A stretch of 42,774 nucleotides of DNA, taken from positions 1-42,774 of the forward strand of contig CAMAVZ010000017.1 in assembly GCA_945861645.1 (NCBI GenBank), written 5' to 3'. Within the stretch, counting starts at the first letter, position 1; every line of letters begins with the position of its first letter. Shown here in pieces: positions 1-9,392 of the stretch. Both the position numbers and the translations under genes were made by a program. The DNA comes from Opitutus sp. GAS368. GTDB lineage: Bacteria; Verrucomicrobiota; Verrucomicrobiia; Opitutales; Opitutaceae. Below the pieces are notes generated by a model, which ran no database searches, was not told the origin of the DNA, and saw nothing but the letters and a program-made list of their open reading frames with translations.

Positions 1-990
1 GAGTTGCGTCGCAGTGAGATTCTCAAGTCGGAGACCGAGCGCCTGCTGGCCGATCCGAGAAGCGGGCGGTTCATTGAAGCGTTTCTCAATTACTGGCTCG
101 ATGTCAGGAAAATGTTCGACACGACGTCCGATGCGGTACTGTACAACGACTACTATCTGGACGATGCGTTGCTCGAGGCCTCCGTGGACGAAACCCGGCT
201 GTTCTTTGCCGAACTACTTCGGAAGAATATGCCGGCCCGAAATATCGTAGATTCCGACTTTACGTTTCTCAACGATCGTCTGGCCGCGCATTATGGCGTT
301 GAAGGCATCGACGGCGTCGCGATGCGCCGGGTTGCGTTACCCGCGGGAAGCGTCCGTGGCGGGATGATGACACAGGCGATTGTTTTAAAGGTGACCGCGA
401 ATGGCACGACCACCTCGCCGATCTTGCGAGGCAAATGGATCATGGAGCGTATTGCTGGCCAGGAGATCCCGCCGCCACCGGCGGCTGTACCTGCGGTTGA
501 GCCTGATATTCGAGGTGCCGTCACCATCCGGCAGCAGCTGGTAAAACATCGTGCCGATCAAAGCTGTGCGCGGTGTCATCAGAAAATCGATCCGCCGGGC
601 TTTGCGCTGGAGAGCTTTGACGTGATGGGCGCCTGGCGCGACCGTTATCGGGCCATGGCGGGCAAGGGGGAAACTCTGGAGCGGGGCATCGGACATAACG
701 GCTTGCCGCTGGCCTTTCATTATGCGTTGCCAGTTGACCCCAGCGGCCAGATGCCGGACGGGCGCGAATTCAAAGACATCCGTGATTTCAAGCGGCTGCT
801 TCTTCAGGATGAAGCGCAGATCGCTCGCAATTTTGTGCGTCATCTGTCGGTATATGCAACCGGTGCGCCAGTGCGGTTTGGTGATCGCAGGACGATCGAA
901 CAAATATTGGAGAAGACGGCCTCGAGCCAGTACGGCATACGCGCCATCTTGCACGAGATAATCCAAAGCGATCTTTTTCGTAACAAATAG
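1..990 (+). CDS. DUF1592/DUF1588/DUF1585 (PSD4-PSCyt3-PSD2) domain protein, 5'-truncated by window edge
   Basis: Motifs [33 protein letters not shown], CxxCH (CARCH, 565-579), [12 protein letters not shown] and C-terminal YATG...[10 protein letters not shown]; directly upstream of a DUF1552 gene, the usual pairing. Confidence 0.9.
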   Translation, partial: ELRRSEILKSETERLLADPRSGRFIEAFLNYWLDVRKMFDTTSDAVLYNDYYLDDALLEASVDETRLFFAELLRKNMPARNIVDSDFTFLNDRLAAHYGVEGIDGVAMRRVALPAGSVRGGMMTQAIVLKVTANGTTTSPILRGKWIMERIAGQEIPPPPAAVPAVEPDIRGAVTIRQQLVKHRADQSCARCHQKIDPPGFALESFDVMGAWRDRYRAMAGKGETLERGIGHNGLPLAFHYALPVDPSGQMPDGREFKDIRDFKRLLLQDEAQIARNFVRHLSVYATGAPVRFGDRRTIEQILEKTASSQYGIRAILHEIIQSDLFRNK

Positions 991-1001
991 TCCATTCACC
1001 C

Positions 1002-2354
1002 ATGAAAACGCCGCTCCCTCCCAAAGTGACCACTGGGCCTTACTTCTCGCTCCGAAAGCCGATATCTCGCCGTCACTTTCTCAAGGGGGCGGGCGTTGCG
1101 CTTACGTTGCCGCTCCTCAATTCGATGCTGCCCACGTTTGCTCGGGCGCGGCCGGCCTTCGCTTCACTCGACCTAGGAACCAAACCGCGCCGGATGTTCG
1201 CGATCATTACGAATCTCGGTATCGTGGCAGCCGATTTCAGGCCAACCGGCGCGGGCCGCGAATACAAGTTGTCGCCTTATCTGGAGGTGCTTAAAGACCA
1301 CCGCGACGATTTCACCGTATTCACCGGGGTGTCGCTCCCAAACGTGGATGGCGGTCATCCTACCGACAACGCCTGGCTGACCGGCGCGCCCAACCCGGGT
1401 AGTAGTTCTTTCAGAAATACGATCTCGCTGGATCAGGTCGTGGCCGAGGCCATCGGAACCCGGACCCGGTTTCCCTCCTTGGCGCTCGCCGTGAACGGCA
1501 GCAACAGTCTTTCGTGGACCGGCAACGGCGTTTCGATTCCGCCCGAACAAAAAGTGGCCGATGTATTCAAGCAGTTGTTTGTCCAAGGGACCCCGGAAGA
1601 GATTGAGGGCCAGATGCGAAAACTCGCCGCGGGCCGGAGTATTTTAGACACGATCGCCGATCAGGTTAAAACCCTCGAGCGCTATTCTGGCTCACCGGAC
1701 CGCGATCGAATAGACCAATTTTTGACCAGTGTGCGCACCTTGGAGAATCGCCTTCTGATCTCCGAGGGCTGGGAAAAGAAACCGAAGCCGGTGGTGAATG
1801 TGCCGGCTCCCGTCGACGTGGACAGCCAGACGCGATTCATCGAGAAAATAAAGGCAATGTATGATTTGAGCCGGCTGGTCTTGGAGACCGACTCCACCCG
1901 GGCCATTACGTTATTCATCAACTCCGCGTCGACTGGTGTGGTCGACAGCGCCAATCTGGGAGTCGCCATCACCGAAGGCTATCACGGGCTCTCGCACCAT
2001 GGAAAATCCGAGGCCAAACTTGCGCAGTTGAAAGCTCTGGATATCGCGCAGCTGAAACAACTCGCGGACCTTTTTGCCGGTCTGAAGACGGTGACCGAGG
2101 AAGGCGAATCCCTGTTGGATCGTACCATGGTGCTTTACGGCTCCAATCTCAGTGACGGCAACTCCCACGCATCGGCCAACCTCCCGACCCTCTTTGCCGG
2201 TGGTGGCTTCAAGCATGGCCAGCACCTCGTTTTCGACACGGTACACAACTACCCGTTGACCAATCTCCACCTCTCGATGCTCCACCGGTTGGGCATCGAG
2301 GCGGACCATTTTTCGTCTTCGACCGGAACAATGCGCGGACTGGAAATGGTCTGA
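1002..2354 (+). CDS. DUF1552 (HXXSHH) family protein with Tat-like leader
   Basis: SRRHFLKGAGVALTLPLL leader, SLDQVVA, YHGLSHH motif, EGESLLDRTMVLYGS, NLP..FAGGGFKHGQH. Confidence 0.9.
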   Translation: MKTPLPPKVTTGPYFSLRKPISRRHFLKGAGVALTLPLLNSMLPTFARARPAFASLDLGTKPRRMFAIITNLGIVAADFRPTGAGREYKLSPYLEVLKDHRDDFTVFTGVSLPNVDGGHPTDNAWLTGAPNPGSSSFRNTISLDQVVAEAIGTRTRFPSLALAVNGSNSLSWTGNGVSIPPEQKVADVFKQLFVQGTPEEIEGQMRKLAAGRSILDTIADQVKTLERYSGSPDRDRIDQFLTSVRTLENRLLISEGWEKKPKPVVNVPAPVDVDSQTRFIEKIKAMYDLSRLVLETDSTRAITLFINSASTGVVDSANLGVAITEGYHGLSHHGKSEAKLAQLKALDIAQLKQLADLFAGLKTVTEEGESLLDRTMVLYGSNLSDGNSHASANLPTLFAGGGFKHGQHLVFDTVHNYPLTNLHLSMLHRLGIEADHFSSSTGTMRGLEMV

Positions 2355-2474
2355 ACAGCGATCCGGTTTGTTGATGGCTGATACGAGTCAGCAGCGCTAC
2401 ACAGTCACTTTGCCCAAGCCCCGCCAACGTGGAAATTGTTTGCAGATGCACCGACTCCCGCGCCCTATTATTTA

Positions 2475-3365
2475 ATGCAATATCGCACCTTGGGCCGCAC
2501 GGGGCTCAAAGTTTCTGTAATTGGTGTCGGCACCTGGCAACTGGGTGGCGAGTGGGGCCGAGCCTACACCTCCACCGATGCCCGGGAAATCCTGACGGCA
2601 GCCCAAAGTGAGGGGCTCAATCTCATCGACACTGCAGAGTGTTATGGCGATCATCTGGCGGAACGTCTGATCGGCGAGACCCTGCCAGGCCAGCGTCAGG
2701 ATTGGGTGATCGCAACCAAATGGGGCCACAAGTTCCATACCTGCTTCAAGCGCGATCCCTGTTATCAGGCGGCCGATCTGCTCATGCAATTGGAGGAATC
2801 GTTGAAAGCGTTGCGAACGGACTATGTCGACTTGCTGCAATTTCATTCTGGCAATGACGACGCTTTTGCCGATGAGGCCATGTGGACGGCGGCTCGGCAG
2901 GCGCAGGCGCAGGGCAAGGTTCGCTATTTGGGCAACTCGATTGGCGCCAACACCAATCTTAAGCAAACCGACGCGTCGACCGCCGTCGGCGTGGATGTGA
3001 TTCAAGTGATCTACAACCGCCTTCAGCGGGAACCTGAAGTAGAGGTTTTCCCCTCCTGCCAACGGCAGCAACTCGGCGTGCTCGCCCGGGTGCCGCTCGC
3101 CAGCGGCTTACTCTCGGGCAAATATCTGCCCGGCCACATCTTTCCGGCCAACGATGTCCGCGAGGTCTGGCAGAAAAAAGATCGGGACACGCGGCTGGAG
3201 GAGATCGGGAAAATCGCGGCTACCGAGGTGCCCGCCGGATTGCCGATGGCCCAATGGGCACTAGCGTGGTGCCTGCGCCACCCGGCGGTTACCGCGGTGA
3301 TTCCGGGATGCAAGGACGCCGCCCAGGTCCGCGCCAACGCGGCGGCAGCACGAACGGTGGCGTAA
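2475..3365 (+). CDS. Aldo/keto reductase
   Basis: MQYRTLGRTGLKVSVIGVG start, catalytic tetrad D-T-A-x-x-Y / ATK / QFH, SLKALRTDYVDL, PLASGLLSGKY, VIPG; ATG at 2475 chosen over the upstream ORF-track start. Confidence 0.92.
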   Translation: MQYRTLGRTGLKVSVIGVGTWQLGGEWGRAYTSTDAREILTAAQSEGLNLIDTAECYGDHLAERLIGETLPGQRQDWVIATKWGHKFHTCFKRDPCYQAADLLMQLEESLKALRTDYVDLLQFHSGNDDAFADEAMWTAARQAQAQGKVRYLGNSIGANTNLKQTDASTAVGVDVIQVIYNRLQREPEVEVFPSCQRQQLGVLARVPLASGLLSGKYLPGHIFPANDVREVWQKKDRDTRLEEIGKIAATEVPAGLPMAQWALAWCLRHPAVTAVIPGCKDAAQVRANAAAARTVA

Positions 3366-3561
3366 GGTGGAACGGGATCGAACGCTAGAGATCCTTCCTC
3401 ACTGCACGTATCAAATTGCGTCAGGCCGGTTGGGCGCTTGACTGGCGCCAGTTCACTCCGCTCTGATTTTTATCCGTGCTTCAATTCTACGCATCATGCT
3501 GAATTTCGTCATATCCTGTAGCGGCCGCCAGGGTCGCTGTGCTCTGGGGTGCCTGCGGCTG

Positions 3562-4521
3562 ATGCGCACTTTCACCCTACTGGGCTGCTTCGTCGGCGTA
3601 AACGGCGCCTCCTCACCAGAGCCATCCCCCGCCCCGCCGGTCGAAACCGTCATCCGCGCAATTCAATCCGTCTCGTTTCACTCGGCCGCCTTGGGGCAGA
3701 CCATGAACTACCAGGTGCTCCTGCCAGCCGGATACGCGGAGTCCGGGACGCAACGCTACGCTGTGCTCTACCTGCTGCATGGTCGCGGCGACAAGATGCA
3801 GGCGTGGGCCCCGCTCGTGCCGGACTTGTTCCGCCTGACGGCGGAAGGACGCATTCCCCCTGTGATTGCCATCATGCCGGATGCGCCGGGCAGTCAGCGG
3901 GCGGGCTACTACATCGATTCCCAATTCACCGGCAACGCTCGGTTGCCACCCGGCCAGGCCCTGGAGTCCGCAATCACCATCGACCTGCTGGCGCAGGTTG
4001 ACCGAGTGTACCGCACGCAGGCCAGTCGCACGGGACGAATCATCGCCGGCTACTCGATGGGCGGCTATGGCGCCATGCGGCTGGCTCTAGCTCATCCCGA
4101 ATTGTTCGGCGGAGCCATCGTCCTGAGTCCAGCGGTGTATTTACCACTGCCGCCGCCAGATTCCAGCACCCGCGAATTCGGCGCGTTTGGCAACGAAGCC
4201 AAGACTTTTGATCCAGAGATTTACACGGCGAAAAATTACCCAGCTCTTATACCGGGCTTCGTCGCCGCGGGCCGACCGCTGATCATGTTCATTGCCGTGG
4301 GTGATGATGAAAAGGCCCTGGCCGATCCGGCGGAGGCGGCCCACGACCTCGATTACGAGGCCCATACGCTTTACAATCGGATCCGCCGGGTTCCGGAGCT
4401 CACTTCCGAACTGCGCGTTGTCAACGGGCCTCATAACTGGGCGACCTGGCGGCCCACCTTCATCGAGGGCGTGCAGTATGTCTTTGCCAAGCTCCCGCCG
4501 GCTGCCGAGGCCAAACGCTGA
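3562..4521 (+). CDS. Putative esterase, alpha/beta hydrolase fold (CE1/tributyrin-esterase-like), probably exported
   Basis: VLLPAGY, YAVLYLLHG, nucleophile elbow GYSMGG, acid GDDE, His in GPHNW; hydrophobic N-terminus from ATG 3562 (start uncertain, could be 3496). Confidence 0.85.
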   Translation: MRTFTLLGCFVGVNGASSPEPSPAPPVETVIRAIQSVSFHSAALGQTMNYQVLLPAGYAESGTQRYAVLYLLHGRGDKMQAWAPLVPDLFRLTAEGRIPPVIAIMPDAPGSQRAGYYIDSQFTGNARLPPGQALESAITIDLLAQVDRVYRTQASRTGRIIAGYSMGGYGAMRLALAHPELFGGAIVLSPAVYLPLPPPDSSTREFGAFGNEAKTFDPEIYTAKNYPALIPGFVAAGRPLIMFIAVGDDEKALADPAEAAHDLDYEAHTLYNRIRRVPELTSELRVVNGPHNWATWRPTFIEGVQYVFAKLPPAAEAKR

Positions 4522-6939
4522 TCAGGCGGGCTTGCCTTTGCCTGGTTCCTTCGGAGTGAAGACGGTCAATCCCCGCAGCGACTCCGCCGCCGGGGCGGGA
4601 AAAAAGAGACTGGCCGCATATCCGACCACGATCGAGAAGAGGATCGAGATGCCGAGGTAGAGGAACGGGTGGACCAGATGGTGCCACCAAACCACGAAGG
4701 TCGCGATGAAGCTGAAGCCCATGCCGATTAGCACCCCCTGCCAATTGGAGCGGCGCGTGAACATCCCGAGCGTGTAGGCCCCGCCGAAAGCGCCGCCGAA
4801 GAGGCCGGCGAACTCGATCGCAATGTCCAGGAACGAATTGATGCTGAAGCGCGAGAGCAGCAGGGCGAGGCCGATGCCGATCACGCCCGCTATGACCGTG
4901 ACCCACTCGGCGAGCCGGATGCTGGTGGCCGGATCAGGTTTTTTCGCTAGGCCTTCGTAGAAATCCACCGAGACCAAGGTCGCAACACTGTTGAGAATAC
5001 TGGAAAGCGTCCCCATGGCGGCGGCTAACAGCCCCGCCAGCACCAAACCGGTCACGCCCGCCGGCAGCTCGGCGGCGATGAAGAGCGGCAAAGTGGCGTC
5101 GGTCCGCAACAGGGGATTCATCCGCTCCGGGAAACTAAGGTAGAAAACGTATAAGCCGGTGCCGATGAGATAAAGGATCAGGCTGCCGGGCAAAATGATC
5201 GCGGCAAACAACCAAATTGAACGACTGGCGTCCTTCTCCGATTTGGTCGCGAAGACCCGCTGCATCAACACCTGATCCTTCGGGAAGGTCAGCACTGTCT
5301 CCATCAGTTGCAGGAAGATGAAGCCCCACACCGTGGCCTTGGTGAGGTCGAAGCTCCAGTCGACCAGCTTGAACTTGTCGTCGGCGACGGCGGTCGCAAT
5401 GAATTCGCCAGCGCCGCCCTTGAGCGCCCAGATGATATAGGCGATGGCGAAAAATAGCCCACCAAATTTCACGATCACCTGCGCGACATCGGTCCAGATG
5501 ACCGCCTTCATGCCGCCAAGCGCGGTGTAGGCGATCGTGACGACGCCCATCATCAGCACGCTCCAGATCACGTCGATCCCCGTCACCGTCGAAATGGCCA
5601 GCGAAGGCAGGAAGAGGATCACACTCATGCGCCCGCCGAGATGCATCAGGATGCACATGCCGCTGCCGGCCAGCCGCACGGCACGGTTGAAGCGCTGATC
5701 CAGATAATCGAAGACGGAGGTAAGCGAGAGGCGGCGTAGCAACGGCACGATGTAGATGGCAACAAAAACCAGCGCGAAGACATTGGTGATGTTGCCCAGC
5801 AGATAGGTCCAGTTCGTGGCGTAGGCCTTGGCCGTGGTGGCGATGTAACCGATCGAGCTAGAGTTAGAAGCATAAAGGCTGATGCCGGCGGCCCAGAAAG
5901 GAATCGAGCGGCTTCCCACAAAAAACTCGGCGGTCGTCTTCTTGCTCTCCACGCGGTAACAGTAAGCGCCGATTCCTGCGATCAGGGCGAAATACATGAT
6001 GATCATTACCCAATCGAGCGGCCGCAGTAACTGCTTGTTGCCTTGGATTTCCGCCGTGTGAAACTTCGCCGCGGAATCCAGCCAAACGAGGCCATTTCGC
6101 CAACCGGCGCCGAGCAAGGCATCCCCCGTTCTCTCCCTTCCTTGCGAGGCGACTGAGGCCGTCGTGGTGTGGTAGGTTAAAAGCTGGAGGCGCGGCGTCC
6201 CCGTTGCGTCGGGCGGCAGACGGAGCAAATACAGGACGTGAGCCTGGCCGAGAGGCCGCGCCGCACCTAGGACAACCTCGCCGGGCAGAGTGCGCTTCAG
6301 CAGCCATCCTGCTGTCGCGGTCCAGCACCAAAGTTCATCCTTTCCTCCGTTGGGAGCGGGGGCGGTGAGGAGCAGGGTTGCATCCTGCGCCACCACTGTG
6401 CCCAAGCCTCGCGACTGCTCGGTCCAAGCCGGATGGATCGTCCATTGCGGTCGAGTCGCCCCCAAGTTGAGGGACCACCAATGCGTGCCGCCGTCAGCAT
6501 CAACTCCGGCCAGATAAAACACCCCTCCAAGCACTGCGCCGTTTGCAATCCGCAGCGGCACGGGGAACGGCGGCGGCTGGTCCTCACGCGGCCCGTCGGC
6601 CAGGTCAAAAGGAACCATTCGCTCCAAGGACAGGCCAGCACCCTGACCGAGCAACAGCCACGATCTGGCACCGGACGCCAGGACTCCGCGAGCCACTGAG
6701 CCCTCAATCCGGGGACTGACATCGTTCCAACGCCCCTCCGATGAATCGTAGCGCCAGACCGCGCCGTTGTTCACGAGCAAGGGCGTCTCGGTCGCAGCCA
6801 GACCCGTGCTGCCGGCGGCTTCGGGCGGCGCGACCAGCACCCCGTCAAGCACCGCCACCAGATTCTCAGCCCGTAGCGGGGCCAGCCAGCAAAGCCACAG
6901 ACAAAAAATGACCAGCCGGTGCGACTGCAGGAGTTTCAT
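4522..6939 (-). CDS. Sodium:solute symporter (SSS, SiaT-like) fused to an N-terminal ~300 aa extracytoplasmic Kelch/beta-propeller-like domain
   Basis: Signal peptide; Trp/Gly-rich repeats (VWRYD, WNDV, WWSLNL, LWCW); then LDW..., EFFVGSRSIPFWAAGISL, YTALGGMKAVIWTD, DQVLMQR, GLVLAGLLAAAMGTLSS typical of SSS. Confidence 0.9.
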   Translation of the reverse strand: MKLLQSHRLVIFCLWLCWLAPLRAENLVAVLDGVLVAPPEAAGSTGLAATETPLLVNNGAVWRYDSSEGRWNDVSPRIEGSVARGVLASGARSWLLLGQGAGLSLERMVPFDLADGPREDQPPPFPVPLRIANGAVLGGVFYLAGVDADGGTHWWSLNLGATRPQWTIHPAWTEQSRGLGTVVAQDATLLLTAPAPNGGKDELWCWTATAGWLLKRTLPGEVVLGAARPLGQAHVLYLLRLPPDATGTPRLQLLTYHTTTASVASQGRERTGDALLGAGWRNGLVWLDSAAKFHTAEIQGNKQLLRPLDWVMIIMYFALIAGIGAYCYRVESKKTTAEFFVGSRSIPFWAAGISLYASNSSSIGYIATTAKAYATNWTYLLGNITNVFALVFVAIYIVPLLRRLSLTSVFDYLDQRFNRAVRLAGSGMCILMHLGGRMSVILFLPSLAISTVTGIDVIWSVLMMGVVTIAYTALGGMKAVIWTDVAQVIVKFGGLFFAIAYIIWALKGGAGEFIATAVADDKFKLVDWSFDLTKATVWGFIFLQLMETVLTFPKDQVLMQRVFATKSEKDASRSIWLFAAIILPGSLILYLIGTGLYVFYLSFPERMNPLLRTDATLPLFIAAELPAGVTGLVLAGLLAAAMGTLSSILNSVATLVSVDFYEGLAKKPDPATSIRLAEWVTVIAGVIGIGLALLLSRFSINSFLDIAIEFAGLFGGAFGGAYTLGMFTRRSNWQGVLIGMGFSFIATFVVWWHHLVHPFLYLGISILFSIVVGYAASLFFPAPAAESLRGLTVFTPKEPGKGKPA

Positions 6940-7023
6940 GAGTTAGCACAGAGCATGGCACTATCTGCGGCAGAACGTCGAGGACTTGGTGCCACCGGAT
7001 CGCCCGGCTCCCAAGGTGGGGGT

Positions 7024-7064
7024 AAAAAAATGCTCCAGCTGTCCGGCGGGTGAACAGCTGGAGC
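7024..7064 (-). terminator. Rho-independent terminator downstream of the TonB receptor gene
   Basis: 11-bp stem GCTCCAGCTGT (7032-7042) / ACAGCTGGAGC (7054-7064) followed on the minus strand by T7 (A-run 7024-7030). Confidence 0.85.
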
Positions 7065-7081
7065 CGAGACCGGCTTCCCGA

Positions 7082-9259
7082 TCAGAATTTAATGGTATGT
7101 GAGACCGAGAGCACCCGACCGCGACCGGCGAAATAATTCTGGTACTGGTCGATCTGAGCCCATGGCAGAATATAATATTTATCGGTCAGGTTTTCAATGC
7201 CCAGCGCCAGATCACCCCATTTGGTGGAGTAACTGGCTGTGAGATGAAACAGCGCTATACCCGTGGTATGCTCTTCGCCGGAGGCCCCGACGTTGATGTC
7301 GCGCGCCATAAGATTATCCCAATCCAAAGTCACGCTGCCCTTTTTGATGAATTTCCAAGTTCCGGAAAGATTGATTTTATCCGGACTGACATTGCCCATG
7401 CCCATTTCCCTGATTAAAGGCCCGGTCTCGCCCGTCCTCGTCAAACCCTCGGCGTGTGCATAGAGTGCGCTAAATTTCAAAACGTTATTCACTCTGTACT
7501 CTCCAGCAAATTCAAATCCCTTGAGTTCGACCGGTCGGCGCTGCAGCACAAAATCCCTCGTGATGGGATCAGTGGTCAGCGACGAGCCTAGCTCGGAGTA
7601 GGATTTGTAATAGGAGGCACTGAAGCCCAATTGCTTGCCCTGCCAGGAAACACCAATTTCTTTGTTGTCGAAGACGACGGCTTGCAGATCAAGAATGCCA
7701 GCCACGGATTGACCGACGGTGTTCACATTGCGCAGGGGTATACCCACATTTGGCAGGGTAAAGCCCTTACTGTAGGAAGCGGTTGCCGACCAATTCCGCG
7801 GCAGTCGCACGATCACACCAACATTGGGCAGGGTTTCGCTATAGTCTAGCGTGCCGCCCGAAACAAACCTCCGGTCCCGGAAATAGACGGTAGTGTAGTC
7901 GTCGACCTGCAGCTCGCCGTTTTCATGGCGCAGGCCACCGCTTAGCGTCACCGGACCGTGATTGTATGAAGCTTGGGCAAACGGCGCCTTGCTGGCGTAA
8001 TTCATCGGAGGAACCCACACGCGGTTGGTCAGGGCCAAGAGCTGCTGCGCAGTCTCCGCTAGGTAGTCAAATCCCGCATTCAGTTCCAGACCGTCGACGG
8101 AAAAGATATCCTTGCGCATCCAGGAACTGCGCATGCCATGCTTTTGGGAGTTGACCTCGGATTGGTCGGTCAGGGTGCCTAGCGGGGCAAAGAGAGGATC
8201 CTGTTTGTCGGAGCCGCCCAGTTCCGCCACGAAGCGCATGGCCTGGCTGGCGTCGTAAAGCTGGACGTTCAGCGAGCCGCCGAGGAGGGCATTGTGATTG
8301 TAGGCCAGCGCATATTGACTAAAATCGTTGAATTCCGTCTTTGCGCCAGCCGGGACGCCGCGTTTCGATGAATCGGTAAGACCAAGGGACCGATCGCCCA
8401 GCAACTGGACATAATGCCCCTGTCCTTCGACCTTAAATTGACTGACGGTCAGCGCGATCCGCTGGGCGTTATTGTCTCCAAAGTTATACCCCGTCTTGAT
8501 GAACAGGCTCGTCGAATTACTATCAACCGTGGAACCGCTTTGGCTCATGCCCGTTCTCCGGCCGTTCGCATCATATGACATGCCTCGCTTGGCAAAGGCC
8601 GAACCGAAAATCAGATCAAAATTGTCCTTCTTCTGGGTGTAATTGAGCCCCACCCGATAGCTGGTGCTGTCTTCGTCATCGAACCCCTCGGTGGAAAACT
8701 TGGTGCGCAGCGTGGCCTGGCTGCCTTCCTTGGTCGGACTCTTGGAGATATAGTTGATGATACCGCCCGCGGCTCCAATGCCCTCGGCCGCCGAGGGCCC
8801 GTTAATCACCTCTATATTCGCGATGATATCCATGTCCGTGAAAGTCCCGTTCCGGCTGGCTTCGCGCAGCGGCGTCGTCTGGGAAATGCCATCAAACAGG
8901 CGGAGCGCGACCCGCCCCCGAAGCGTCTCACCGGTATTGTTCATCGCTTGGGTGGCCGGGGCATAACCCGGAACCGTCCGCGCCAGCACGGCCGTCATAT
9001 CGTCAGTGAGAATTTGGGTGTGCTCGATTTCCTGAATCGTGACCAACTTGATCGCGCCAGGAATCTGGTCGATCGCCTTGGGCGAGCGGTAGCCGGTCGT
9101 GACGGTCAATTTCTCCAGCTTGACTGTTTCGTCCTTGTCCTCCGCCGCGGTCGCGGCCGTGGTCTGAGCCGAGACTAGGGCAAAGAACGAGGCAAAAAGC
9201 AGCGAACCGAGAATGGTCGCTGGGCGGAGGAAGGTAGCAGCTTTTAGGGTGGTATTCAT
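7082..9259 (-). CDS. TonB-dependent outer-membrane receptor (siderophore-receptor/IutA-like sequence type)
   Basis: Signal peptide from MNTTLK (ATG 9259), TonB box ETVKLEKLTVT, plug motif IEVINGPSAAEGIGAAGGIINYISK, GIENLTDKYY, terminal Phe (HTIKF). Confidence 0.93.
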   Translation of the reverse strand: MNTTLKAATFLRPATILGSLLFASFFALVSAQTTAATAAEDKDETVKLEKLTVTTGYRSPKAIDQIPGAIKLVTIQEIEHTQILTDDMTAVLARTVPGYAPATQAMNNTGETLRGRVALRLFDGISQTTPLREASRNGTFTDMDIIANIEVINGPSAAEGIGAAGGIINYISKSPTKEGSQATLRTKFSTEGFDDEDSTSYRVGLNYTQKKDNFDLIFGSAFAKRGMSYDANGRRTGMSQSGSTVDSNSTSLFIKTGYNFGDNNAQRIALTVSQFKVEGQGHYVQLLGDRSLGLTDSSKRGVPAGAKTEFNDFSQYALAYNHNALLGGSLNVQLYDASQAMRFVAELGGSDKQDPLFAPLGTLTDQSEVNSQKHGMRSSWMRKDIFSVDGLELNAGFDYLAETAQQLLALTNRVWVPPMNYASKAPFAQASYNHGPVTLSGGLRHENGELQVDDYTTVYFRDRRFVSGGTLDYSETLPNVGVIVRLPRNWSATASYSKGFTLPNVGIPLRNVNTVGQSVAGILDLQAVVFDNKEIGVSWQGKQLGFSASYYKSYSELGSSLTTDPITRDFVLQRRPVELKGFEFAGEYRVNNVLKFSALYAHAEGLTRTGETGPLIREMGMGNVSPDKINLSGTWKFIKKGSVTLDWDNLMARDINVGASGEEHTTGIALFHLTASYSTKWGDLALGIENLTDKYYILPWAQIDQYQNYFAGRGRVLSVSHTIKF

Positions 9260-9317
9260 AGGTGTTGGGTTACACTGGCAAAGAAACGAAGTTTTTGCCA
9301 GGATGGGTTCAACTAAA

Positions 9318-9329
9318 GCAAACGTTTGC
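9318..9329. promoter_or_regulatory. LacI-family (RbsR/PurR-type) operator 1 in the divergent TBDR/GH127 promoter
   Basis: Perfect palindrome GCAAACGTTTGC with central CG; minus-strand TTGACA at 9357-9362 nearby; identical sites at 12483 and 13691. Confidence 0.88.
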
Positions 9330-9392
9330 ATAGATATGGTTTGAGTATCCCCGCCTTGTCAACACTTTTACTCAAACCTGTTCGTCCAACCC

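Noticed and set aside
2431-2444. GGAAATTGTTTGCA as a fourth LacI operator upstream of the AKR
   Set aside because: Only the right half matches and the central CG is missing
3441-3452. Palindromes ACTGGCGCCAGT, ACGGCCGCGGCCGT (~13751) and TGACCGCGGTCA (~29751)
   Set aside because: Single occurrences, GC-rich, expected by chance; no matching second site
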